From Pseudovirgaria hyperparasitica (Eukaryota), in assembly GCA_010093815.1 (NCBI GenBank), contig ML996575.1: a stretch of DNA of 64,000 bases; one strand, given 5' to 3'. Below the pieces are notes generated by a model. It saw nothing but the letters and a program-made list of their open reading frames with translations. It was not told the DNA's origin and ran no database searches. Position 1 is the first letter of the stretch. The number at the start of each line of letters is the position of its first letter. The translations under genes and the position numbers were made by a program. Below, piece after piece: positions 39,572 to 51,438 of this stretch.

Positions 39572-39881
39572 GTACGCAATGGCTCAAAGACCACAGTTCG
39601 GCGCCGCGACTATCTGGACCTCAAGACAGCTATCGACTCGATAGAAGAGAGCATGGCGGGTGTCCCCGTCCGCACTACCACACACCATCCGCAGCCCCCC
39701 CCCCTTTCACAATCCACACTGCTTGTGAGATGGGCTGTTGATGGCTGGGTGGTCAGGTCGTGGGCGCGGGTTCTGAGAATATACCGCTCGAACTTGAGTC
39801 AAGATAATGCTTGCGCAAGAACATGCTCTTTTCCCCTTTTCTCCCGAGGTAGTGTGCGCTTGGCTTACGGCTGGCTTGTAG
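39572..39881 (+). promoter_or_regulatory. THI5 5'-UTR intron hosting the riboswitch and a uORF (39579-39644)
   Basis: Donor GTACGC at 39572, branch GCTTAC ~39863-39868, acceptor TAG 39879-39881, 16 nt before the main ATG; uORF MAQRPQFGAATIWTSRQLSTR*. Confidence 0.75.
39648..39829 (+). ncRNA. TPP (thiamine pyrophosphate) riboswitch aptamer
   Basis: P1 AGAGCATG/CATGCTCT; P2 GCGG/CCGC; GTG then a long P3; CTGAGA at 39773-39778; ATACCG; GAACTT-GAGT-CAAG-ATAATG-CTTG-CG-CAAG (P4/P5). Located upstream of THI5, as in Neurospora NMT1. Confidence 0.95.
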
Positions 39882-39897
39882 GAGAGAGAAGACTATC

Positions 39898-41135
39898 ATG
39901 GCCACGGACAAGATCACCTTCTTGACAAACTGGTACTGTGGAACTGTGGTGCAATGTGCGGGCTGTGGGAGGTGTATGCTGATATGTAGGCTAGGCATGC
40001 GACGCCGTACCACGCCCCGCTGTACCTCGCGCAGAAGCTCGGGTATTTCGCCGACGAGGGCATCAAGGTTGCCATCCTGGAACCCAACGATCCGAGCGGT
40101 ACGTATGTGTGCTGAAGTGATATTTGGCGTGATGACGGCAGGGGCAGTTGCTGATGTTGCTATAGATGTCACCGAGATCATCGGCTCCGGCAAGGTCGAC
40201 ATGGGCTTCAAAGCCATGATCCACACGCTCGCGGCCAAAGCACGCGATTTCCCCGTCACGTCCATCGGCTCCCTGCTCGACGAGCCCTTCACCGGCGTCG
40301 TCTATCTCAAGGACTCGGGCGTCACGACCGACTTTCGCTCGCTGAAGGGCAAGCGGATCGGCTACGTCGGCGAGTTCGGCAAGATCCAGATCGACGAGTT
40401 GACCAAGTACTACGGCATGAAGCCGGACGACTACACGGCCGTGCGGTGCGGCATGAATGTCAGCAAGGCCATCATCCAGGGCGAGATCGACGCCGGGATT
40501 GGTCTCGAAAATGTGCAGATGGTTGAGCTAGAGGAATGGTTGAAGGGCCAAGGAAGACCGGCAGACGACGTGCAGATGCTTCGTATCGACGAGCTGGCCG
40601 AGCTGGGCTGCTGCTGCTTCTGCTCGATCCTCTACATCGGTGAGTATCCCATCCCTTACAAGCCCCCCCCCCAGTACATGAACCACACAAACTAAGCAAT
40701 CCACCCCCCCCTCCAGCCAACGACGCCTTCATCGCCGCCAACCCAACCAAAATCAAGTCCTTCCTGCGCGCCGTCAAGCGTGCGACAGACTACACCCTCG
40801 CATCCCCCGCCGAGGCATTCGCGCAATACATCGCCATCAAACCAACCATGGACACGCCCGTCAACCACAAGATCTTTGAGCGCTCGTACGCGTACCTGTC
40901 CGCCGACCTCAAGAACGTGCAGCGCGACTGGGACAAGGTGACGCGGTACGGCAAGCGGCTCGGGGTCTTGGACGCCGCGTTTGTGCCCAACTACACCAAC
41001 GAGTATCTCGGCTGGGTGGTGGAGGAGGAGAGTGCGGATCCGATGGGTGATCAGCGGCGGATGGTGGAGTTGCAGAAGGATGTTGCGTGTAGGGGTGGGT
41101 TCAGGAGGCTTCAGCTAGGTCGTGTTGCTGGTTAA
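39898..41135 (+). CDS. THI5: HMP-phosphate synthase THI5/NMT1 (thiamine pyrimidine synthesis), 4 coding exons
   Basis: [24 protein letters not shown]...[33 protein letters not shown] (PLP Lys and substrate His), [13 protein letters not shown]. Confidence 0.96.
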
Positions 41136-42126
41136 GGGGGGGATGTGTGCGATGGGGGTTGTTGGGTGGATGGATGGGATATGCTGTGTGCGCTCACTGT
41201 AGTCTCTCTTTAACGCTCTGGTAGAAGTATGAGTAACGTGGATGGAGAATAAAAGACCGATTAATCGCGAGGATCTGCGTACCAATAATTCAGTCCAACG
41301 CACAGCTCGTCCTCTCCTCCCATAAAGCTCTCTTAGAATCCACAAAGAAATAACACACCCATACCTCAAGCCCCAGAATCAGATATAAGTCGTTAAGAAC
41401 GAGAGCGATACATAGTTCAGCAAGGGAAAGGGAGTTATAAGTAGCACAACGGGAGATATGAGTTAGTTCCAGGTAACTTTCCAGATTCATAGATATGGCA
41501 CTGATTCGGTCTTGTGTGTTTAGTGTAGTATAGTAAGAGTGTGGTAGTTGGTTTGGTTCTGGTTCGATTCACCATCTTATTTAACATTTTCTTCTTCTTC
41601 TGAAGGTCGTTGGACCGAGATATTTACATCGGAGTCTAGCCAAGAGCTCATGTCACCCGTCCATCATGTCTCGGAAACAGTTAGCGTCCAGGCTGCTGAA
41701 GAATTGGGTAGGCAAATCTCCAAAGAGGGACGGCGTTGTGTTGGAAGCGGTGCGGGCTGTAGCGGTTCGTTACCCCTGTGTTCAATTCCGCTTGACGGCG
41801 CCGGAGAGGCTTTTCGCTCGGTTGTTGGCGAGTTGTGACAGTTGGCCTGAGCCTAACAGAGATCGAAGCAGACGTTAGTCTTGTGGGTGAGAGGTTTTCC
41901 ACGCCAGATGGACTATGTGTCGACATTTCCAAGACAGCCATATATGCGGGACAGATTCCTGGGACGGTATGTTAGGACGGATGCCGTGACTATGTCATGT
42001 CCTTTTGTGCGTCGACTGATCCTATGTAACTCCCGGGAATGCTGCAAGTTCGTTATTCGTGATTCGTCAAGCGTTTCTATTTTTTTTTTTGAACGACTGC
42101 TTGTCGGTGCTGGACATGCAGGACGT

Positions 42127-43256
42127 TCATTTGGCATGGTTGACGATCTGATGGTATATGTCATCGGGTATCTTCGGCGCAAAGGACGTCGCTATCTGTA
42201 TGATGCGACTCGCTTGAAGTGGAGGAAGAGCGCGGAGGATCTGGTTCGGACTGCTCGGAAGCACGTCAGGTTAACCCTCCCACAACCTGGTAGAGCACTC
42301 ACCTGGGATTGTCCAGCAGCTGGTCCCGAATGAGCACCAACTGCGCAACAATACACAGAATATTCAGATGCGGCCCATACGCAAACAGAAAGTCCCACAA
42401 CTGCAACACCTCCGGCAACGGCGGCGTACACGCACACATCGTCAGCACCGACGCAAACGCATAGATCTCCGCATGCATCCCCTTACTCGCCAGATGCTCC
42501 GCCAGCCGCGGATCCACAATCTCCAGCACGGAATCCACCAGCCTCAACCCACGATGCACCCCATCCATCGAGCCCCTCACATAGCCCGGACACTCATACG
42601 TAATCAGCCGCTCAAACGCCGCAAACGCCTCCGTCTCGCTGCGCGCCGCATACAGAAACGGCGCCGCGAGCACATTCATCCCCTGCACATACCCGACCTG
42701 CCCGCTGCCGTCGGTCCGACTACTTGAGGCGTCCGTCTGCCGCGCCGAGAACACGTTCGACGGCCTGCTCTCCGGACTGCCTGCGCCGCCCTCGGACAGC
42801 GTCGGCGGGCTCTGCCACCCGTTTATGCGCGCCTCGTGCGCGTCGTGCAGCCGCCATGCTACGGCGTTGAGGACCCGCGTCAGGCTGTTCTCTGTCACGC
42901 GCCGCCGGAACAGCGGGTCCGTGGCCAGGGTGCGGAAGGTGTCGTTGCGGATTTTGGCGTAGGCTGGGGATGCGCCCTGGCGCACGAGGTCGAGGTAGGC
43001 GGAGGTTTGGAGCGGAGGGACGGAGAGGAGGATCAGCCAGATGTAGACTCGCAGCTCGGACTGCTCAGGGTGGTATAAGTTAGTGTTGGGGGGTTGGTTT
43101 GGTTGTGGTTTTGGAGGGGATTTGTCTGTTACGCACCATGCCATCGCTGTTTCCGGGTATGCCCTGTGTGAGGATCGTGTAGCGCAGGTCGTCGAGGCCG
43201 CGTTGGAGGTCGTCGGACGGTGGGCCCTTGAGGAGAAGTACGTCGAGGTTCGTCAT
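42127..43256 (-). CDS. BUB2: Bub2/Cdc16 TBC-domain GAP, 3 exons
   Basis: LDDLRYTILTQGIP, LRVYIWLILL, KIRNDTFRTLATDPLF, YVQGMNVLAAPFLY, CACTPPLPEVLQLWDFLFAYGPHLNIL. Confidence 0.92.
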
Positions 43257-43560
43257 GGTGCGGTGTATTTGGGGGTTGATTGCGATGTTGTGAGGCTGTC
43301 GTGGTCAAGATGGATATGCGATAGAGCGGTTGCTGTGTGGGGCGTGCGCGTGTGGCTGGTGATTTCTGTGAGTGGCTGGAGGACGCGCCGAGAGCAGGGA
43401 ACGCGTGCCAGGTACGCGTCGCCCATGCAGCAGTCTGCAATTTATATGCTGCGTGACAAAACTATATAATTATTTATTATCTATATATCTCGTCTATCTT
43501 ATTACGCTCTCTATTGCCATCACAAGGGTAGGACTTCTTCCTTACCAACATGCCCACCCA

Positions 43561-44824
43561 TCAGGAAACCATTGACATCCCTCGCGAATACATGGAGAAC
43601 AGGTAGTGCTGTATCGACAAGCCATACCACACTATGACCCACGCATAGCCCACCGTTCGCCAAAAGGTGGCATGCTGCGTGCCAAAGATCTTCTTGCCGA
43701 ACAAGATGACATGGTCCTCGACAAAGATGGCGATGGCTTGCGCGAAGAACCACGCGAAATCGCCGTTATCCTGAAAGGTACGCATCGTGAGCATGGCGCC
43801 GAAGCTATGTACACAGGCGCTGACAAAGAATGCGACGAACAGCTTGAGGTACCTGGAGCCAAAAGTGCCGCGCGCAAGGTGGAAAACGTCATGGGCAAGG
43901 TAATTGCCTGGTGCCGTACAGAGCTGCATGTGGTGTCAGAGAAGCCTTATATGTATTTGTCGTTCTGGAGCTTACCCTGCGGAGAAGACCATGCCATACC
44001 TCGCCCCAGCACTTGCGGACCGTGTACATTTGCGTGGCGTCGCCGCCGGCGGGCGGGACGGTGTGGACTGGGGAGCCAAGTGCGAGAGCAACGACGGCGG
44101 TGAGGGCAAAGCATGCTTCGATGCCGGCATAGCCGCTGAGGATGAATAGCCATGCAAACAACATGCCTTCTAGCCAGCCCGGACGCGTGAGCACATCAGA
44201 TCTCGGGTGCCCGTGATTGTCGTAGTAGGTGGTGTACGACGTCTGGGCGAAAACGAACTTGATAGCCACAATCACACCGACAAAGTACAGCATTCGGAGG
44301 ACTTTCCGCAGTATAGCCCAGCTATCATTGTAAGTCGTGATACGTAAAAGACGTGTATCTTGCCCTTCTTACCTACGCGGAAGATCTGGCGCATATCCCT
44401 TTGGCATCTTTGCAATCTGACTGGAATACCCCAACAAGCGCGGATTGGCGGTAAGCCGGCCAGCCCATTTCAATCTCGCCATGAAATTCCTCGGAACATC
44501 TCCTCTCACACCCTTCGTGCCACTTTTCTCCGTGCTCTTTGCGTCGATGCGCCGCCATTGCTCGCGGTCGGAATTGCCCATCACAACCCAGTCGAGCCAG
44601 ATCCAAGGAAACATCATAAGGTAGCTGTTGAGTGAGTACTCCTCGCCGTACGCACGTGGATCGCGAAGTAGCGACTTGGACAGAACCCATGTCATTAGCG
44701 GGAGCGTGATACTGATGGCAAGACTTCGCGGTCGGATCGCAAGGCCGAGCACGCAGATGACGTGCACCAACAGGGGCTGGGCGGCCTGCACGAAAGTGCT
44801 CACAGTTTTTAGATGAGAATCCAT
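43561..44824 (-). CDS. MBOAT_2/wax-synthase-type membrane acyltransferase (TRI7-like), 3 exons
   Basis: NPRLLG, MYTVRKCWGEVWHGLLR, RYLKLFVAFFVSACVH (catalytic His), FFAQAIAIFVED, WRTVGYAWV. CWG in place of the usual FWG. Confidence 0.8.
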
Positions 44825-45898
44825 TCTCAAGTCGTCCTTGGGCCTGGGCACTGTTGCATATGGTGAAGAAGAAGAAGAGAGGTCTGAGTTGCACGGCGGG
44901 CCATGTTGAATTTAGTATATCACAACTTCTGGTGGTCTGAAAACTTGACCGAAATTTCACCGTTGTTGGGAAATTTCAGCAAGCCCCAGAGCTGTCTATA
45001 CGAGGCTTATACTGTGTACGCATTGGGATATGCATGTAAAACTGTAATTACTGGGCTGATGCATTCATGGACAGATGAGTTACCACGCGATCATGGATCA
45101 ACCTGCGGGGTTGTAGGGCTATGCCGGGATATCCATGGCTCCTCCGTACACCTTCCACCTTCCGGGATCCCTTCCGGAACACCCGTCGGACCCGATCATT
45201 CGCTGATATTTGGAACTCAAGGTCCTCAACTCATTGACCGAAATGTCTAGACCTCTTCCTCTCACAGTATATTCGTTACGTAGCCTTATCCTACAGTCGA
45301 CTAACTACGGTGGTTGCTTCTACAAGGACCACTGCCGGTTTATTCCGTCCAAGAGAACGTAAATTTTGAACACATCCTGCTGCTGTCCTCGTTTGCATCC
45401 AGCACTAAATATATCGATGTGACGCCGAGACCGATGCCCGACTCCAAGTCTACGCCACCTAGCATCGACAACATGCGGATGAATGGGGGCGGAAGGAAGT
45501 TCATTGCTTAACTAGTAGTCTTAAGGGATGTTTGAAATCTCAGGTCGACTTTTGACTTCGAAAATAACCGTATTCACAAGTGTATAGACGCCGTCCGGAC
45601 GCCACCCAGTCAAAGAAATTTATTGGATTTGATGAATTTTAGGCGAACTTAAATCGTCGACAGATAAAAAATACTAAACCCCTATAAAGATATCGATTTT
45701 AACTTATAATCACGCCTAAAATGGGTGGGTTTAGCGACCCCAAATCGGAGCCTTATTCCTTTAGCTCCACACCATCTCATAATCCCAGTTATTAGCTCGA
45801 ATTCCAAGCTGAGGGTGGGGGTGGGATGAGATTCAAAGGCAGAATATGGGGTGATCGGGGGTTTAAAAAAATGTTAAGAGTGACCTTTACCGAAGATT

Positions 45899-46922
45899 TC
45901 AAACACCCCCTAAAGGAACGTCTTCTATCGTAATATTCATCTTTACCATAGCATCAGCAACCACCAGCCAGCACCCTACCCTCCAACACAAAAACTGCGC
46001 ATCCTTCGGCGTAACCTCCGGGATCGACCTCGCAGACTTCACCGTCATAGGCCGCAGCACCGAACCGGGCAACTGGGTCGTATAAACCCTCAGCCTCTCC
46101 ACCGGCGCAACAGCCGCAACCTTCATCCAGGCCGACCTCATGAGTCACCACCCACCATCGCAGGCGCCCTCGCCGCTGCACAACACGCCCAAGCATGCAT
46201 GGAGGCCCATCCCCGCTGCTCCTGGACGCTTTGGATGCCCTGGCTGGCTAGGGGCGACGGCAGCGACGGCGGCAACGGCGGAGGCATTGTGCCTGTCGCG
46301 GGCCGAGAACCGGTTCGTGAGACTACCTAAAGTCATTGCCGCTTTTCATGCCCGAGATGCACCTGTATCTATCTACTATCTATAAGCTATAGTATAGTAT
46401 ATCAAGTACCTATTAAGTATGATAATTAATATTTAATCTACTACTATTAAACGTCAAAGACTAAAATGTTATTTTATAGAGTTCTATTACTTTGATAAGG
46501 TGCTACGTTTGATACTAGTATTGTTCTATCATGAGCAGCATGGACCCTATACCGAACCGCCAGGGTTCATGCAGCACAGCCTCGACAATCTCCACCACGA
46601 GCACACACGGTTCGGATTCTGGAATGCACTGATGAGCGAGCATGATCTGGGGTTTATGTACGTGCAGGAAGCGGGTGGCGCATTGTTGCGATGGCGATGC
46701 TGGGTACGAGGACAAAGGTTGTAACTTATGGGGGATCCCGGGTTATCGGGCGGTTTGGCACGACGCCGGAAGTGGCGGGCGCGGAATGTGATTGGGTATG
46801 TGCTGATGCCGGAGGTGTTGGAGAAGGATCGGTTTGGGTTTTATGTGGGATGTTTAGTCGGCTGGGTATGGATATGGATTCACAGAGTTATCAGATACAA
46901 ACTCTATCAAAGTGATGCCTGA
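45899..46922. pseudogene. Possible degenerate gene fragments on both sides of a TA-rich island (46365-46530)
   Basis: Pairs of same-frame ORFs separated by a single stop (minus 46336-45899; plus 46500-46922). No recognisable motif. Confidence 0.25.
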
Positions 46923-47459
46923 GGCACAAATAATCACGCCGAAGGTTACATTTCCTCCGAGGTCCCCTATCCAGACATCCACAGCCTTTTGCAACATCTT
47001 ACACCTCCCTTCGTGCTAAGACAACATCAACATGCTTTCAGTCCGTATTCAATCAACACACAATATGCTGAGCATCGTCTCCACTCCGCTGCTACTGTAC
47101 GAGTGCCAGCTAGCCCCACAACATTACTAATATGAAAGACGGAGAACGACGGGTGTAACCGCAACAATTTTCGTGTCCAGCAATGTCGTCGTCGACAGCA
47201 CACATCAACGCAAACAACGCCTTCACGGTACCATGTCAGTAAGGATCGCCTCACTGCAAACATATCTGCGTACGTCAATCAATCAATCAATCCACACAAG
47301 TCTACTCTTCCGACATATCATGATTATCATCTGACATCTCTCCCCCCCCCCAAAGGCCTCCCAACGACAGCATCATCCCATCTCCCCCACCTCCTCACCC
47401 CTCTCCGACCACCCCTTTTCCCGCAACGAAGAACCCTCACAAACACCACATCCCGCACA

Positions 47460-48632
47460 ATGGCCTCAATGTACGCCCACGCAAACGCACACTCAAACTC
47501 AAACACAAACACAAACACCCCTAAGCCCCCCAACGACACCACTCCCTCCAGCCCCGGCCAAACCGCATGGTCCACCCCCGGCCGCGCCGCCCGCGATTTC
47601 CGCAGCGACACAATCACCACCCCAACAGCCTCCATGCTCTCCGCCATCACACACACCACCCTCCTCGACGACTGCTACGTCGAAGACCCAACCACCAACG
47701 AGCTCGAGGCCCTCTGCGCCCGCCTCACAGCCCATGAATCCGCCCTCTTCGTCCTCAGCGGCACAATGGGCAACCAAGTCGCCCTCCGCACCCACCTCGG
47801 CGCCCCGCCCCACGCCGTCCTCCTCGACGCCCGCTCCCACATCATGGTCCACGAAGCCGGCGGTCTCGCCAGCCTCAGCGGCGCCCTCGCCCAGACCGTC
47901 CTCCCCGCAAACTCCCACCACCTCACCCTCCCCGACATCACCCGCCACGCCGTCCTCACCGACGACATCCACTCCTGCCCCACACGGATCATCTGTCTCG
48001 AAAACACCCTCCACGGCACCGTCATGCCCCTCGCCGAAGTCCAGCGCATCACCGCCTGGGCCCACGCCCACGGCATCCTCGTCCATCTCGACGGCGCCCG
48101 GCTCTGGGAGGCCGTCGCCAGCGGCGCAGGCACACTCGCCGAGTACGCGTCTGCCGTCGACAGCGTGAGTCTGTGCTTTAGCAAGGGCCTTGGGGCGCCG
48201 ATCGGCAGCATGCTAGTCGGCAACAAGGCGTTCATCAAGCGCGCGCGCTGGATCCGGAAGTGTTTCGGCGGGGGCACGAGGATGTCGGGGGTGTTGACGG
48301 CGGCGGCGCGGAGCGCGATCGAGGACACGTTTCTTGGCGGGCGGTTGGAGGGGAGTCATCGGAATGCGCGGCGGGTGGCGGAGGTGTGGCGCGGGTTGGG
48401 GGGCAAGCTGGTGTATCCGGTTGAGACGAATATGGTTTGGCTGGATCTGGAGGCGCATGGGATTGCGGTGGAGCGGTTTGTCGAGGCTGCGGGACGGCGG
48501 GGGTTGGTTGTTATGGGGGGCCGGCTTGTTGTGCATTATCAGATTTGTGAGGATGCGCTTGTGCAGCTTGAGGGGGTGCTTAGGGGGCTGTTGGCCGGGG
48601 AGGAGGGCGTTGATGGCGGCGCGGAAGCATGA
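47460..48632 (+). CDS. GLY1: Low-specificity L-threonine aldolase, single exon
   Basis: DFRSDTITTPT, SGTMGNQ, HEAGG, CLENTLHG, HLDGARLWEA, LCFSKGLGAPIGS (PLP Lys). Confidence 0.95.
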   Translation: MASMYAHANAHSNSNTNTNTPKPPNDTTPSSPGQTAWSTPGRAARDFRSDTITTPTASMLSAITHTTLLDDCYVEDPTTNELEALCARLTAHESALFVLSGTMGNQVALRTHLGAPPHAVLLDARSHIMVHEAGGLASLSGALAQTVLPANSHHLTLPDITRHAVLTDDIHSCPTRIICLENTLHGTVMPLAEVQRITAWAHAHGILVHLDGARLWEAVASGAGTLAEYASAVDSVSLCFSKGLGAPIGSMLVGNKAFIKRARWIRKCFGGGTRMSGVLTAAARSAIEDTFLGGRLEGSHRNARRVAEVWRGLGGKLVYPVETNMVWLDLEAHGIAVERFVEAAGRRGLVVMGGRLVVHYQICEDALVQLEGVLRGLLAGEEGVDGGAEA

Positions 48633-49078
48633 AGCAGGGGACGCTCTGCCGCTCAAAAACAGAATTGGGTTAGACAGTCGTGTTTTCATGCATTTTATAG
48701 ACGATTCTGAGCGGTTTGCGCCTTTCATGGTTGTCCTTATCCTGTCGCTTCACTGAACTGAACTGAAATGACTGTGTTGGCAAAATGACTTGGCAGAACC
48801 CCCTTTTAAACGTATACATCCCATCTATAAAGAACAGAGGGAGACGATTGTGATTTGCTCACGGCTTGACTTCTTTGTTTTGTGTAAGAAAAAGAATGCA
48901 TCATTATACTGGTGTGTGATGATTTCTCCTTCACAAGCAATACTACTGTCTTTTATCTTTCAATTTCTCAAACGACGCGAAGGAACAACGATACTAGAGC
49001 AGGTAATAAACAATCTGCACACCACTTATCACAACACGATACATACCAATCCAGACCTACCAACACGCTCCTCCCTCA

Positions 49079-51438
49079 TCACAAACTCAACCCCTCTACC
49101 CCAACCTGAGCCCCATCATCATCACCACCAAACCCATCCATAGCCGCCTCCTCCCTCCTCTCCCTCCCCGCCCGACTAACATCCGAATACTTCGGCAAGC
49201 CCACCTTCGGATTAACAAAATCCAGCACAACAGTATGCCAAAGCAAGCCATTCTCCGGCTTCAACACCCAGTGATTCTCGTCCGGAAACGTCAGAAACTC
49301 GCTCTCGATCCCCTTGGCCTGCAGCACGGTGAAGGCGGACAGACCCTCGGAGACGGTGAGACGGTAGTCGAGCTCCGAGTGGATGACGAGCTGCGGGGTG
49401 GCCCAGTTGGCGCAGAGGCGGGAGGGGTCCCATTGGGACCATGACTGGGGGTTTTTCCAGAGCGGGCCCTTCATGTCGTGGAAGGGGAACCAGGTTTCTT
49501 CAGAGGCGAGTTGGCCTGTCATGCTGAAGACCCCGTCGTGGCAGACTAGGGCTTTGAATTTGCGGCCGAGTGGGTTGCCTTGGATCCAGTTGATCATGAA
49601 GCCGCCTTGTGGATTGAGTGTTAGTGTCGTGGACGGCTGGTCATGGGAGTTGATCTGGACTTACCGTATGAAGCGCCGAGGGCGACGGCGTTCTTGCTGT
49701 CGATGTAGTCAACGTTGTTCTCGATCCACCACATGCAGTTGACTAGATCCTGGTAGGGCAAGCCACCCCACTGGTCCTGTATGGCGTCGCAGAAGTCCTG
49801 TCCATAACCCGTGCTCCCGGTCGGGTTGGGCATGACGACAACGTAGCCTTGCTCTGCGAAGACGGCTGGGTTCCATCTGGTGTTCCATGCATTCTGCCAG
49901 GCTCCTTGTGGTCCACCATGGATGAGGAAAGCTAACGGGTACTTCTTTTTTTCATCAAAATTGGACGGTCGAATTACCAACGAATGTACAGACGTTGTCT
50001 TGTCGGCTCCTGTGGTCCAGAATTCAGTAATTTGGTCGGGCGACAGTCCAAAAGCTGCGCCGTTCTTCGATAATGATGAGATGACGGCCATGGAGTTTGG
50101 CTTCTTTGCATCGACAATAGAGTAGATACTGTTGTCGACCATACTGGAGCCCGAGATCAAGATGTGGTCGTTCTCGAGGTATCGAATAGCTACGACACCA
50201 TGTCAGTCACTGGGAGTAGTTATGAGTTCTTGGCATTCGACATACCCGATACATTACCAGTCGTGTGGTACTTTTTAATCACAGATGTGTCCGAAGTAGG
50301 TATCTGTTCACGATCGACACTGTACAGACACGTTTGGCCCCGGAACTCTGCAGTCAAGAAAATGGTCTTTGAGTCCTTGCTCCACGTGATGCTACCAGGC
50401 GACGAAGCCCATGCGCCCCTGCCTGTAGATTCAGGAAAGGCCGTGATGACCCAGGAGGGTTTTTCAAGGTCTGGTATGAGAAAGAGCTGGTTCTTGTCCG
50501 CCTCGTAGCCATTCTCTCGCATTCTAAGAAAGGCCGCCTGTTTGCCATCGGGAGAGAACACAAGTGACGTTGATGCGCCCTCGAAACCATAGGTTAAAGC
50601 CTCAATCGGCGGCGGAGGTCCTGGCGGGGTGAGTTCTTTCGAAAAGGGTATCGGAATGTAGTATATATTCGTCTTCGTGTTTGTCGCGGCGCTGAGCTGG
50701 GGATCCTTTGCGGTGAATATGATGCCATTGATGCTCAAATCAAAGTGATCTGCCCCGCCAAACGGGGGTATCGGGCTTTCAAGACCAGTGTCTTTCAATG
50801 CATTCGTGAGCGGAGACAGCAGGTATTGCTTTGGGGTATCGCCTGCCATCTCAACCAGAGTTCCATACCAGATCGAGTTTCTCTCCTTGCTGATCCATTT
50901 GTCCCAGTGGCGAACAAACGTCGACTTGTAAAGTCGCCCGGTCGTGTTGGGCTTCTTTGCGTGCTCGGGATTGTACAATTCGCCATCTGGAGTGGCAGCT
51001 GCAGTCAGAGCAATGGCATACTTGCCTTTGTCAAGCTTGACGAGCTTCAGATCGCTTATGGGAGCATCGACTGTTCCCGCTACGTAGTGGCTGTCTCTAA
51101 TCAACACATGATTTGTATTACGACAACCAAATTTACCTGTCAAAGTCAAACGGGTCTCCGACTGCAATCTTGGTCGCTCCGTGCTCTCCAGGGAGAAGCA
51201 AGATAACCTTGTCATCGATCCATTGCGGCTGACTAGCGCCCTCCGCCATTGTCACCAAGTGAGACGAATTGTCCTTTGCCTTGAGGATCCGCACCTGGGA
51301 GGTTTTGGAATGCTCCTCAAACGAGTAAGTCGAGACTGTATATAGAATCAATGACGCATCTCCATTCGGGACTCCCGCTGAGCGACGAGGCGCGCGCAGC
51401 ATCACCTCTGGTGTGAACTTCTTTGCTCGGATTGTCAT
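49079..51438 (-). CDS. DPP5: S9C dipeptidyl-peptidase V-like serine peptidase, 4 exons
   Basis: FTPEVMLRAPRRS, FVRHWDKW, LESPIPPFGG, IHGGPQGAW, GASYG|GFM nucleophile, HSELDYRL, FPDENHWVLKPEN. Confidence 0.92.

Noticed and set aside
46145..46147. In-frame TGA as selenocysteine or readthrough
   Set aside because: No SECIS, no TGA-CTA context and no recognisable protein; Dikarya are not known to use Sec.
43561..51438. Secondary-metabolite cluster (MBOAT, aldolase, peptidase)
   Set aside because: No PKS, NRPS, terpene synthase, transporter or cluster regulator is present.
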